Part shown: piece after piece, positions 29,955 to 39,672 of the stretch
Position numbering within the stretch: position 1 is the stretch's first letter
Layout: every line of letters starts with the position of its first letter
Source: Puniceicoccales bacterium
GTDB taxonomy: Bacteria; Verrucomicrobiota; Verrucomicrobiia; Opitutales; UBA9783
Assembly (NCBI GenBank): GCA_031283895.1
Contig: JAITAV010000024.1
Span: 10,980-74,979 of the forward strand
Direction of reading: 5' to 3'
DNA: 64,000 bases
Program-made: the position numbers and the translations under genes
Notes under the pieces: model-generated
The model's input: the letters and a program-made list of their open reading frames with translations, nothing else
The model's database searches: none
Told to the model about the DNA's origin: nothing

Positions 29955-30855
29955 TTATTCTTTTTTGTAAGCTATTGCACACCAATTAACATCCGGATCC
30001 GTTGAGAAAGAGACGTTGTGTAACCCACAGCGCATCATCATTTGAATGATGTCAGCTTTTGAAAAACGTTTTTCAAGACATGTTCCAAAACGGTCCAACG
30101 CGCAATTTCTCATGTTGTAAAACGACCCACCACGATGCGCACTTAAGGGAATATGCTTCACGTTAAAACTACATTTCTCCAGTATTTGAGCAAATTTCGC
30201 CAACGGCCAATAAACCAATAAGGCGATGCTATCCGTAACACACCTTTTTAGGAGGTGTGGCAAGTGACAAATGCATTTTCTCAGCAAATCACTGCACTGC
30301 CAAACAAAACGAAACCACCACGGCCTATTTTCAAAATTGTAGTACATGTAAACTAAAAATGGGGCACCCGGTTTCAATTTATCAACACAGATTTGCATGG
30401 CTTGTTCGGTGTTCGGAATGTGGTGCAAAACCCCTAAACAATAACCAAAATCTTGACTGTTATCCGCCAAAGGCATGTTGTCAATCGTCGTATTATGAAA
30501 AGCTATATTTGAAAAATTTTTCAATTTTTGCTTCGCGATTTCCAAAGCCGACGAAGGCTCTATACAGTTTAATTTTCCAACTTTGGGAGCCGCATACAAA
30601 GCCCAACGGCCATTGCCACATCCCGCATCAAATCCTTCTGCATTTCGATCAATTTTTTCCCAAGGGAAAATACTAAAATATTGGTTAAATTCTTTCTCTA
30701 AATCGTATTGAGGTCGCGTATCGTTTGTAAAATCGCACCATTCTCTCCCAAAGTGTTCAATAACCCTCTGGTCTCGATTGTCGATTGTCGATTGTCGATT
30801 GTCGATTGTCGATTGTCGATTGTCGATTGTCGATTGTCGATTGTCGATTGCTCAT
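29955..30855 (-). CDS. class I SAM-dependent methyltransferase, out of frame with its ATG as sequenced (phase OFF)
   Basis: The body frame encodes ...FDAGCGNGRWALYAAPKVGKLNCIEPS (motif I), CLGVLHHIP, LKPGAPFLVY. The only upstream ATG (30855) is separated from the body by 11 copies of a 7-nt repeat and is in a different frame. The ATG frame stops at 30757-30759. Confidence 0.7.
30774..30850 (-). repeat. perfect heptanucleotide tandem repeat, (CAATCGA)11 on the coding strand
   Basis: Counted directly: tcgattg x 11, 77 nt, no interruptions, starting 2 nt after the ATG-AGC of the methyltransferase gene. Confidence 0.97.
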
Positions 30856-30889
30856 GGAAATCATAGATTTTGCACATATCCCGTTGTTG

Positions 30890-31834
30890 TCAAAACAAAA
30901 ACGACATTTTGTCGACCATGCATTTTAACCCCTCTTCTAGGTTGACAGTTGGATACCACCCCAGTAAACGTCCCGCTTTTTCGGTATTGGCAAACGTATG
31001 CATCATGTCGGATGCGTTGAAGGGATGATGTTCAAGAACAGCTTTTTTATTCAAATAATATTCCAATAAACTTATCATTTCATGGATCGTGTGCGGACGT
31101 TCGTTGCCGAGGTTAATGATTTCATAACCCAGCGGCTTACTGGCCAAAGCAATGCCGCGTGCGATGTCGTCTATAAACGTAAAATCTCGTGATTGCATTC
31201 CATCTCCGTTCAACGGCAATGCTCTACCGGCCGCGATGCATTTCATGAATTTGTCCGGGCTCATGTCGGGACGTCCATAGGGTCCGTACACGGTAAAACA
31301 ACGCAAAATGGATACATCAATCCCATACAGATAATGATAGGTGTAACACAACATTTCGGCTGCTTTTTTGGAGGCTGCGTAGGGAGAAATCGGTTCATTG
31401 ACCGGTAAAGTTTCCACGAACGGCATCGCTTGCCCTGCGTACAAAGAGGATGTGGATGTAAAGACCAATTTTTTGGTTTTGTGAACGCGCATGCATTCTA
31501 GTAAATTAAGCAATCCGAGTACATTGGTGCGAATGTAGATGTCGGGCGTTTCCAAACTTGCACGCACTCCGGCACGCGCCGCAATATTGTAGACGGCATC
31601 GAAGGTATGTTGATTAAATAAATCTTGTAAAAATACTTTATCCTCAATATCCGCTTTCACAAACGTAAAATTACCTTTTAAAGCTTCGAGGTTTTTTAGT
31701 CGAAAACGTTTCAACTGCGGATCGTAATAGTCATTTAAGTTATCAATTCCAATTACGGAGACATTATCGCACAGGAGAAGCTCGGTCACTTTCGATCCAA
31801 TAAATCCAGCACAGCCTGTTACCAATACTTTCAT
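30890..31834 (-). CDS. NAD-dependent nucleotide-sugar epimerase (UDP-glucuronate 4-epimerase-like)
   Basis: MKVLVTGCAGFIGS, STSSLYG-like TSTSSLYAG, YAASKKAAE (YxxxK). ATGA overlap with the upstream GT. Confidence 0.8.
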   Translation of the reverse strand: MKVLVTGCAGFIGSKVTELLLCDNVSVIGIDNLNDYYDPQLKRFRLKNLEALKGNFTFVKADIEDKVFLQDLFNQHTFDAVYNIAARAGVRASLETPDIYIRTNVLGLLNLLECMRVHKTKKLVFTSTSSLYAGQAMPFVETLPVNEPISPYAASKKAAEMLCYTYHYLYGIDVSILRCFTVYGPYGRPDMSPDKFMKCIAAGRALPLNGDGMQSRDFTFIDDIARGIALASKPLGYEIINLGNERPHTIHEMISLLEYYLNKKAVLEHHPFNASDMMHTFANTEKAGRLLGWYPTVNLEEGLKCMVDKMSFLF

Positions 31835-32943
31835 GAACACGTATTTTGCACCGTTTGAAATATTGCGGCATTGACGGCGTGGATATCAAACTTTTTTTCA
31901 GCTAACTTGCGACTAGCTAATCCCATCGTATGTAATAATTCTGGCTGATGAATAATTTTTTCCATAGCGTTTAAAAGTGCTTCTGTACTGCGTGGTTGTA
32001 TCTTAAAACCATTTTCACCATCGATAACGGTCTCTTTGCAACCTACACTGTCCGTCGTAATGACAGGCCGTCCGCAAGCCAACGCTTCCAACAATGCCCG
32101 CGGCACGCCTTCACGATAATAAGAAGGGTATACAAACACAGAACTCTGCCTCATTTGCTCAGCCATATGTGAACAGTAGCCTATGAATTCTATGATGTTT
32201 GCGCATAGCTTTAATTGTTCTTCCGTAATAGCCGATGGATTTGTATCAATATGACCTGCCAACACAAAACGTACGTTCGGGTACTTCGTTTTTAGCTGTT
32301 GTGCCGCTTCAACATAATGAAATACACCCTTTTCTTCAATCAAACGTGCAGCCATAAAAAACGTCAACGTTGCCGGAAGTGACTGCGGTGTAAACGCCTG
32401 CAGATCTACACCGGTCCCGTTAACGACCGACGAGCGTACGTCATCCACCAATCCATGCTGTATAAAAAACACCCTATCATCCTGATTCTGAAAAAACACG
32501 TGCGTAAAAGCTTTAAAGCTCAATTTATACAAATACATACAAATACGTTTAACGAACGCACGTTTGCCCCCAGGTTGCTCAATGAAGGCATATCCCAATC
32601 CCGATACCAATCCATAGATGTTCTTAATCTTTAACCAACGAGACACAAAGCCACCATAAATATTCGGTTTGACGTTGCCAAAAAACACAATATCTGGCTT
32701 TTCTCGTTTGAGTAAGGTATGTATGTGCAGTAGCGTTTTTAAATTATTTAATAAGCCAACCGATGTACCACTAAATGCATCCAATGGAACAAAATTTACG
32801 GTGGGCAGTTGCTTTTGCCAAATAGATATTTCCTTTGCGGGCAGCCCCACCGAAACGGATAGTCCCTTTTGCGAAAACTCTTGCATTAACACATGCCGTA
32901 AATTAATCGCTCCTGGGTTGAATAAAAATAATATCTTTTTCAT
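31831..32943 (-). CDS. GT-B glycosyltransferase, family 4-like
   Basis: C-terminal EGVPRALLEALACGRPVITTDSVGCKETVIDGENGF (E-x7-E region). Confidence 0.85.
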   Translation of the reverse strand: MKKILFLFNPGAINLRHVLMQEFSQKGLSVSVGLPAKEISIWQKQLPTVNFVPLDAFSGTSVGLLNNLKTLLHIHTLLKREKPDIVFFGNVKPNIYGGFVSRWLKIKNIYGLVSGLGYAFIEQPGGKRAFVKRICMYLYKLSFKAFTHVFFQNQDDRVFFIQHGLVDDVRSSVVNGTGVDLQAFTPQSLPATLTFFMAARLIEEKGVFHYVEAAQQLKTKYPNVRFVLAGHIDTNPSAITEEQLKLCANIIEFIGYCSHMAEQMRQSSVFVYPSYYREGVPRALLEALACGRPVITTDSVGCKETVIDGENGFKIQPRSTEALLNAMEKIIHQPELLHTMGLASRKLAEKKFDIHAVNAAIFQTVQNTCS

Positions 32944-33238
32944 GAATTTATTATGATCGTACATGCTTAAATAAATATAGCCAATTGTCTAGACTGTATT
33001 AAATTCTGAAAAACATATTCGCATATGTTGATGAAATTATATCAAGGGTAGCTTTGATGATTGGTAATTTTTAATCAAAAGATAGCGACCACATATTTCA
33101 TTAAACTGCATAAGGTTTAATTTCTAACGTGGTCCATTCGACGAATAACCACTCCAAATGTTAAATTTTAAATCCTTATGATATTAGAATGCTTACATAC
33201 ATCTTTTCCGGAGCAAATCCATAGAGCACACCCCTACG

Positions 33239-34471
33239 TTAAGGGTTTTTGTGCTTATCTAAGGAAGGAGCTTTTGCGTAATACAATAATCCCAACAACA
33301 CCAGCCAAACGGGAATAAATGCTTCACTGTGCCTATTTAAATTAAGATAATTGAAAGCCTCACATCCTGTTATAGTATAAGCCAGTAGAAAGACGAGCAA
33401 CATTACAATTTGCTGTATTTGTTCTCTCCTAAAATATTTTCTGTTTTTTATACATAAGTACATGATATATAACATCATCGTTAGGAAGAAAATATTTGTT
33501 TTTACGGCATATATCCACCCCAATTTGGAACCCTGGGGTGCTTTGTGAAAAAACTGCTCGGAATTGGTAATCATCGGAGCAAACCAGGCATTGCCAATCC
33601 TTTTCAAAGAGCTACCATTATCAGGAATGTAACTGTTCCCCAACGACCTGAACCACAACGGACCCCTATTTAATATTTTTGCCTTAAAAAAGTATTCCAA
33701 ATGCCCTTTTGCATGAAACCAATGGAATAATACCCCACTTATAAAGATTAACAGGAACACATTTTTGGGGAACTTAAGAAGGATAAAAGAACATAGCAGG
33801 CAGCAGACAAAAGAACCATAATAGTGTTTTTGGGCAAGAAAACATAACGTCAAACTTCCCAATATCCCAAAAAGATTTCGCTTGACCAACATCCATAAAA
33901 ATAAAGATTGTGCAAATAGACAAAAAGTTGAGGTTAGAGGGAGTGGGCAGGACAGAAAAAATCTTGGCGCTACTAGCCAAAAAGTGTAAAAACAAATACG
34001 CGTAAAACGTTGCGATGCACCCAAAAATTGCAACGCCTGATAAAAGAAAAACAACCCCCACAAAGATAAACTGATCATTAACAACCCTGTACTAAACAGA
34101 CTTAGATAAAAATGATCTCCAAAGAAGCTTCTTATCTTAGAGAAAAGCCATAGGTGTTGTAAATTCCCATACACCAGCCTAGTGACTTGCCCAATTACGT
34201 CTTTCAAAGTAACGGAAAAATAATCCATCTTGTATTGAGAATGAAACTTAGCAAGATCTTTTGGGTAATAATAGCCTTCGTGATCCAATGCAATATGAAA
34301 TAAGTCATAGTTCCTCCATACATACATGTGATAGACTAAAGAAAAAAGTTGTATAAAAACCGTCAAATAAACAAATATCCAAAACCATCGTTGCTGCGTT
34401 TTTTTACAAACAAAAACTAGTGTCGCAAGACATGTTATAACACATACAACTGTTGCCAATAAAACGCTCAT
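33239..34471 (-). CDS. polytopic membrane protein (GT-C-like or polymerase-like), function unknown
   Basis: ~10 predicted TM helices. Abuts the Wzy-like gene with no gap. Confidence 0.45.
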   Translation of the reverse strand: MSVLLATVVCVITCLATLVFVCKKTQQRWFWIFVYLTVFIQLFSLVYHMYVWRNYDLFHIALDHEGYYYPKDLAKFHSQYKMDYFSVTLKDVIGQVTRLVYGNLQHLWLFSKIRSFFGDHFYLSLFSTGLLMISLSLWGLFFFYQALQFLGASQRFTRICFYTFWLVAPRFFLSCPLPLTSTFCLFAQSLFLWMLVKRNLFGILGSLTLCFLAQKHYYGSFVCCLLCSFILLKFPKNVFLLIFISGVLFHWFHAKGHLEYFFKAKILNRGPLWFRSLGNSYIPDNGSSLKRIGNAWFAPMITNSEQFFHKAPQGSKLGWIYAVKTNIFFLTMMLYIMYLCIKNRKYFRREQIQQIVMLLVFLLAYTITGCEAFNYLNLNRHSEAFIPVWLVLLGLLYYAKAPSLDKHKNP

Positions 34472-35854
34472 CTATATTTCCTTACGTAAACTCAACGGAA
34501 GCAGCCAATATAAATATGGATTCCCTGTTATTGATCCCATAAAACAGTTTTGGAGAAAAATTAAAATAAAAAAAGAAAGAAATAGAAATGTTCTTGGAGA
34601 AAGTTGCTGTCTTTTACACAAAAAACCAAAGCAAACAATAACAGGTAAAAAGAATAGAAGTATGCCTACTAGGCCTAAAGTAGATAATATTTCAAAAAAA
34701 ATATTATGTGGACTAGTGCGAGAATTTTCAAAACCTATACCGAATTGGGGCCTCATTGACCAAACATAAAAAGATTGCAATAGCATAATTTGTCTCGGAG
34801 AACTAAAAATAGGATTCTTAATGGACTCATCCATATAAACAGGGGGAAATATCCATTGCCTCATCGATAAATAATTAGATTTTATTTGTTCCTGACTTAA
34901 TGCAAAACTACTCGCATATTTTATTGTTCTTTTGGTAAATGCTTTATTCTTGCAAATCCATAAAGAACAGATAATGAAACAACACAAAGCAACTATTTTC
35001 AATATCTTGTTATTCCTTATAAATATAAAAAATGTACTCAGATATATGGCCAAAGTTAACAGAAAAAATAAATTCGATTGCCTATAATGTACCTGCCAAT
35101 TTTCCCACAAAGATAAAAAACAAGATAGAACTAGATTAACTTTTAAAAAACGAAATTTTGCTTTCTCAAAATATAAAAATGCAAATATTGCAAAAATGTA
35201 ACATTGTTTTAGTACCAATCCATTCAGATAAGTTATTTGCTGATCATCATAAAGGTAGTAACATTTAAAGCCATGTAAAAGCAAGTAACAAATTATGAAC
35301 ACCTGCGAACAACATATAAGAATATACCACTTTTTTAAAAACTTTTTATCGGCAAAATTCACAATAAAAAAAGCTACCATTAGAGTAAAAAACAATGTAA
35401 ACAAACGTAACCCTGCAGAACTTCTCCTCCATACCTCATTCTCGCCCAAATGATAATTATAATAACAATAACAACAATCCGGGGTTAACCAATAATTAAA
35501 CAAGATGTAAATACCAAATACTACGTATAAACCTAAGCATATGTTGGCTTCCTTATTATTTTTAATAATATGACTTTGGTTGCACGTTTTGCTAATAACA
35601 AGATACGCCATAGCACAAATAAATAAAGTAAAACAAAAAATCGTCACTTTACCTAATAACACAAGCCCCCAAGGCAACTTTGAAAAAATGGAAGGCCATG
35701 CCACAATTCCGATACATAGGGTAGGAAGAAAAAATAAGCCCCACGTAGATAATAAAAATCCCAATTCTCCAATCCGTAAAATAAACGACCTTATTTTTAC
35801 ATTTTCGTTATGGTTACACTTCATGATATGATAACAAATTTTACAAATCCACAA
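34472..35854 (-). CDS. O-antigen polymerase/ligase-family membrane protein (Wzy_C domain)
   Basis: Polytopic, with the motif SPHNIFFEILSTLGLVGILLF typical of the Wzy/WaaL family. Confidence 0.65.
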   Translation of the reverse strand: MWICKICYHIMKCNHNENVKIRSFILRIGELGFLLSTWGLFFLPTLCIGIVAWPSIFSKLPWGLVLLGKVTIFCFTLFICAMAYLVISKTCNQSHIIKNNKEANICLGLYVVFGIYILFNYWLTPDCCYCYYNYHLGENEVWRRSSAGLRLFTLFFTLMVAFFIVNFADKKFLKKWYILICCSQVFIICYLLLHGFKCYYLYDDQQITYLNGLVLKQCYIFAIFAFLYFEKAKFRFLKVNLVLSCFLSLWENWQVHYRQSNLFFLLTLAIYLSTFFIFIRNNKILKIVALCCFIICSLWICKNKAFTKRTIKYASSFALSQEQIKSNYLSMRQWIFPPVYMDESIKNPIFSSPRQIMLLQSFYVWSMRPQFGIGFENSRTSPHNIFFEILSTLGLVGILLFFLPVIVCFGFLCKRQQLSPRTFLFLSFFILIFLQNCFMGSITGNPYLYWLLPLSLRKEI

Positions 35855-36578
35855 TTACATCATTGCATCCCGGAATAGGGTAAGGCTGCAAAGGGTGTTT
35901 TCGCAAAACAACTTGATATAGGTTAGGGACATCGGAGGACCACATTTTGACAATATCGGATAAATGTTTTAAGGTCCAAGATCTAGCAAATGAATTTGTA
36001 AATGTAAAGAAAATTAATCGAATGTCCAGCCATAGGGAAGTGTGTTGTATGTATAGAAGCGCCAAACGGGATTTCCATGGACGTTCTATCTGTGCATATA
36101 CAAGGTCCGGATTGGTGGCTCCTTCGAGAATTTCACCTTCATCCGAAAACACGATGGAAGCTAGATCGGTAATGCCCGGCTTAACGGTCAATATATCTTT
36201 TTCAACATCCGTATAACGATTGACCTCGATGGGAACTTGCGGTCTAGGCCCTACCCAATTCATATCTCCTTTGATAACATTAATAATTTGAGCTAACTCA
36301 TCCACTTTAAATCGACGCACCCATTGACCTATGGGTGTAATCCGAGGATCATCGTTGGCAGTCGAATCTATTTTATACCTATGGGCATCGGCAACCATCG
36401 AACGCAATTTAATCATGTTAAAAAGTTTCCCATTCCTACCGACACGCGGTGCCACATAAAACGGATTCTTCCGATCGTACAGAAAAATCAGGAATGCAAA
36501 CCATAAAACAATCGGTAAACAGACAACACCCGCCATCATATTACAAATCCATCCACAAATACGACGCATAAAAATCAT
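35841..36578 (-). CDS. second phosphoglycosyl transferase (bacterial sugar transferase family)
   Basis: NPFYVAPRVGRNGKLFNMIKLRSM, DELAQIINVIKGDMNWVGPRPQ. ATGA overlap with the E1 beta stop. Confidence 0.85.
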   Translation of the reverse strand: MIFMRRICGWICNMMAGVVCLPIVLWFAFLIFLYDRKNPFYVAPRVGRNGKLFNMIKLRSMVADAHRYKIDSTANDDPRITPIGQWVRRFKVDELAQIINVIKGDMNWVGPRPQVPIEVNRYTDVEKDILTVKPGITDLASIVFSDEGEILEGATNPDLVYAQIERPWKSRLALLYIQHTSLWLDIRLIFFTFTNSFARSWTLKHLSDIVKMWSSDVPNLYQVVLRKHPLQPYPIPGCNDVIVDL

Positions 36579-37549
36579 AACATTGCTTTAACGTGTTGGC
36601 AAACTTGCTCCACCGTTGGGTAGTAAATTTTCTCAAGTGCTCTGCTCGTAGGTGCTGGTGCATCGACCAACGTAATTCTTTGAGGATTCTTTTTTAATAG
36701 CTTTAAATCCATAGTTTCAAGTGTTTTTGTAATAACTTCCGCAGTCAATCCACACGAAGCCCAACCACCATCGACCACCAATAAACGACCTGTTTTTTCA
36801 ACCGAATGTCTAACAACATTGATTTTCAATGGATTCAATACACGCAAATCAATCACTTCACACCGAGTACCCTGTAGAGTCAATTGTTCTGCAGCTTGCA
36901 TACATAAATGCGTACTATAACCTGCTCCTACTAGAGTTATGTGTTGCCCTTCTCGTATACACTTGGATTCTATATTATTTAAAGATAGTTCCTGTATTTC
37001 CGTCACAAGTGATGTTGTCTCATATAACCAACGATCATCTATATAAATAACTGGGTCATCACATAAAGTTGCGGCAATTAACAAATCATGTGCATCTTGT
37101 ACAGAATAAGGCATTACAACTCTTAACCCAGGTATATGCATCAACCATGCATGAAGTGCTTGTGAATGTTGCGCGCCTTGCTCACCACCGCGATTGATAA
37201 TTAAACGAGCTGTCAATGGAACATGAGACTGTCCTCCAAACATGTGTGACCATTTTGCAGCTTGATTGACCAATTGATCAAAAGCTAAAATTGCAAAATC
37301 CATTCTAGGGTGAACACAGACAGGACGCATTCCATTGAGAGCTGCCCCCACACACATACCTGTAACACCTAGCTCTGAAATGGGTGTGTCGATAATACGA
37401 CCTTCTCCGTAAGTAACGTCTAAACCTATCATTGATGTACCAACGTACCAAGGACTCCATACACCTTGACCTATAACAAAAACATTATCATAATGCTTCA
37501 GTAAATAATCAAAACCCAAACGAATACTTTCGGCATAATTTAATAACAT
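36575..37549 (-). CDS. 2-oxoacid dehydrogenase E1 beta-like subunit (transketolase Pyr + C-terminal domains)
   Basis: VFVIGQGV, IDTPISELGVTGMCVGAALNGMRP, LRVLNPL, LLVVDGGW. Confidence 0.85.
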   Translation of the reverse strand: MLLNYAESIRLGFDYLLKHYDNVFVIGQGVWSPWYVGTSMIGLDVTYGEGRIIDTPISELGVTGMCVGAALNGMRPVCVHPRMDFAILAFDQLVNQAAKWSHMFGGQSHVPLTARLIINRGGEQGAQHSQALHAWLMHIPGLRVVMPYSVQDAHDLLIAATLCDDPVIYIDDRWLYETTSLVTEIQELSLNNIESKCIREGQHITLVGAGYSTHLCMQAAEQLTLQGTRCEVIDLRVLNPLKINVVRHSVEKTGRLLVVDGGWASCGLTAEVITKTLETMDLKLLKKNPQRITLVDAPAPTSRALEKIYYPTVEQVCQHVKAML

Positions 37550-37556
37550 AATATTT

Positions 37557-38549
37557 TCAGTTCTTATATACCCAACGTAACAATTTGTCTTCGGTAGCAT
37601 AAGGAGCCTGCAAAGCTATTTCCCAAGCACACTGAATACGCTTTCGTATTTCTTCTTTTAAAATATCAAAACCTTCCTCTGAAATTAATGCTTGTTCCAA
37701 CATAGGCTTATAAAGACGCGTAACAGGATCACAGTGCTGTTTCCAAAACTCTAAATCTTCCGAACGTTTCAATCCTACATCCACATCTTCGAGATGTCCA
37801 ACATGTCCTTTCCAACGATACGTCATCACTTCAACAAAGTAAGGAACGCATTTTGTGCGTATTTTACCGATGATTAGTTTTAGTTTACGATAGAGTAATG
37901 TTACATCATTTCCATCCAATTGTATATGGTTAATGTTATGTGCCTGAGCAAAACGTACGGTACTAGAAGCTGTTTGCCGTTGAAGTATGTGTAAATGGCT
38001 TGCAAACAGATTATTTTCGCACACAAAACAAACTGGCAACTGCATTTTTGCAGCTAGATTAAAGGTCTCGTGCATGACCCCTTCTTCAGTGGCGCCATCA
38101 CCAAAAAAAGCAACGGCAACCGAAGACATATTGCGCATTTTCATTGCTAAAGCAGCACCCGCAGCAATCGGTATCGTAGCACCCACAATGGGAACAGATC
38201 CGCCAAAACCTTTCGATTCTTTAATTAAATGCTGAGACCCCCCCATACCTTTAGAACATCCAGATTCCTTACCTAAAATTTCACTTATCAAGTCTTCAAT
38301 ATCGTCTGTCATTGCTAAATAATGGTTATGGGAACGGTGAGTTCCGTAAACGCGATCTGATTTTGTTAGACACTCTGACAAAGCAACCGGCGCTGCCTCT
38401 TGCCCAACAGCCAGGTGGCATGGACACTTAATATCTCCACTACCAACCTTTTGGGCAATCCATTCTTCTGTTTCACGGATTATTAACATTTTATGCAAAA
38501 GCCGGAACAATGCATTACTTGATAGGCCACTGATATCTGAATAATGCAT
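37557..38549 (-). CDS. 2-oxoacid dehydrogenase E1 alpha-like subunit (ThDP-binding)
   Basis: ThDP motif VAFFGDGATEEGVMHETFNLAAKMQLPVCFVCENN, plus YRWKGHVGH. Confidence 0.85.
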   Translation of the reverse strand: MHYSDISGLSSNALFRLLHKMLIIRETEEWIAQKVGSGDIKCPCHLAVGQEAAPVALSECLTKSDRVYGTHRSHNHYLAMTDDIEDLISEILGKESGCSKGMGGSQHLIKESKGFGGSVPIVGATIPIAAGAALAMKMRNMSSVAVAFFGDGATEEGVMHETFNLAAKMQLPVCFVCENNLFASHLHILQRQTASSTVRFAQAHNINHIQLDGNDVTLLYRKLKLIIGKIRTKCVPYFVEVMTYRWKGHVGHLEDVDVGLKRSEDLEFWKQHCDPVTRLYKPMLEQALISEEGFDILKEEIRKRIQCAWEIALQAPYATEDKLLRWVYKN

Positions 38550-38555
38550 AGTTAT

Positions 38556-39671
38556 CTATAAAAACCTACTTATTGTTTCACAAATATAATCCACTTCATC
38601 GTCGGTAACGGACGTATTCAATGGGAGAATGAGACAGCGTTTGAATAACAATTCAGTCCGAGGCAAGTGAGAAATGTCAAAATGCATATCCTTTACCAAT
38701 GCCTTAATTTGATGTAAGGCGCATCCTCCCCATTGGATGATTGTCTCGATACCACGTTCTCTAAGGAAATCTCTCAACGCATCTCTATTCTCGGCTTCAA
38801 TCTCAAAATTTTGGTAAATATCAAAATGCTTGGCATCAACGTTGGGAGCCGGTGGCAAAGTAACCTCGGGTATTGAAGCTAACCGATTGTAGTATCGTTG
38901 CGCAATTTCACGACGACGTTGCATCGTCTGTGGGTAATGTTTAAATTTGGCCAACAAAACGGCCGCCTGCACATTATCTAAACGAGAATTAATACCCCAC
39001 ATACAAACTTGATTTGTTTTGGGATCGCGTCCATGATCTCGCATGCATACAATTGCTTGATAAATAGCCGGATCGTCGGTTAAAACAATACCACCATCGC
39101 CAAAGCAACCTAAAACCTTTGCTGGATAAAAACTGATGGATCCCGTTTTCCCCCATGTACCCGCGCACCGATTTAAGTATTTGGATCCCAAAGCTTGAGC
39201 CGCATCCTCTAAAATCACCAAATGATACTTGTCGGCAATCGTTTGCAAACGATCCATTTCGCACGTACGACCGTTCAATTGAGTTGGTATAATGGCTTTC
39301 GTTTTCTGGGTAATTGCAGCTTCCACCTTGCTGACATCCATCAAATGATCGTCGCCGCAATCCACTAAGACCGGAATGGCTCCCAACCAGCTTGCCGCCG
39401 TGGCCGTTGCAATAAAGGTATGTGAGGCCATAATTACTTCATCACCTCTGCCAATCCCGCATGCCTTCAGCATTAAAATAAGACTGTCGGTTCCATTCCC
39501 TACACCGATGGCGTATTTTGCACCCGTAAAATCGGCAATTGCTTGCTCAAAATCTTTGAGCTCATCTTGCATAATGAAAGCTCCCTTATTTAAAACAGAT
39601 TGCAATGCCCGATCGACGTCGACTTTAAATTCGTTGTACAGAAAATCGTAGCGAAAATAAGGAATTTCCAT
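38556..39671 (-). CDS. DegT/DnrJ/EryC1/StrS-family sugar aminotransferase
   Basis: GVGNGTDSL, ILEDAAQALG, SFYPAKVLGCFGDGG (PLP lysine). Confidence 0.87.
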   Translation of the reverse strand: MEIPYFRYDFLYNEFKVDVDRALQSVLNKGAFIMQDELKDFEQAIADFTGAKYAIGVGNGTDSLILMLKACGIGRGDEVIMASHTFIATATAASWLGAIPVLVDCGDDHLMDVSKVEAAITQKTKAIIPTQLNGRTCEMDRLQTIADKYHLVILEDAAQALGSKYLNRCAGTWGKTGSISFYPAKVLGCFGDGGIVLTDDPAIYQAIVCMRDHGRDPKTNQVCMWGINSRLDNVQAAVLLAKFKHYPQTMQRRREIAQRYYNRLASIPEVTLPPAPNVDAKHFDIYQNFEIEAENRDALRDFLRERGIETIIQWGGCALHQIKALVKDMHFDISHLPRTELLFKRCLILPLNTSVTDDEVDYICETISRFL

Positions 39672-39672
39672 A

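Noticed and set aside
30774-30850. Considered whether the tandem repeat could be a CRISPR array or a minisatellite outside genes.
   Set aside because: The units are 7 nt, head-to-tail, without spacers, and they lie inside an ORF directly after its ATG. This is a coding microsatellite, not CRISPR.
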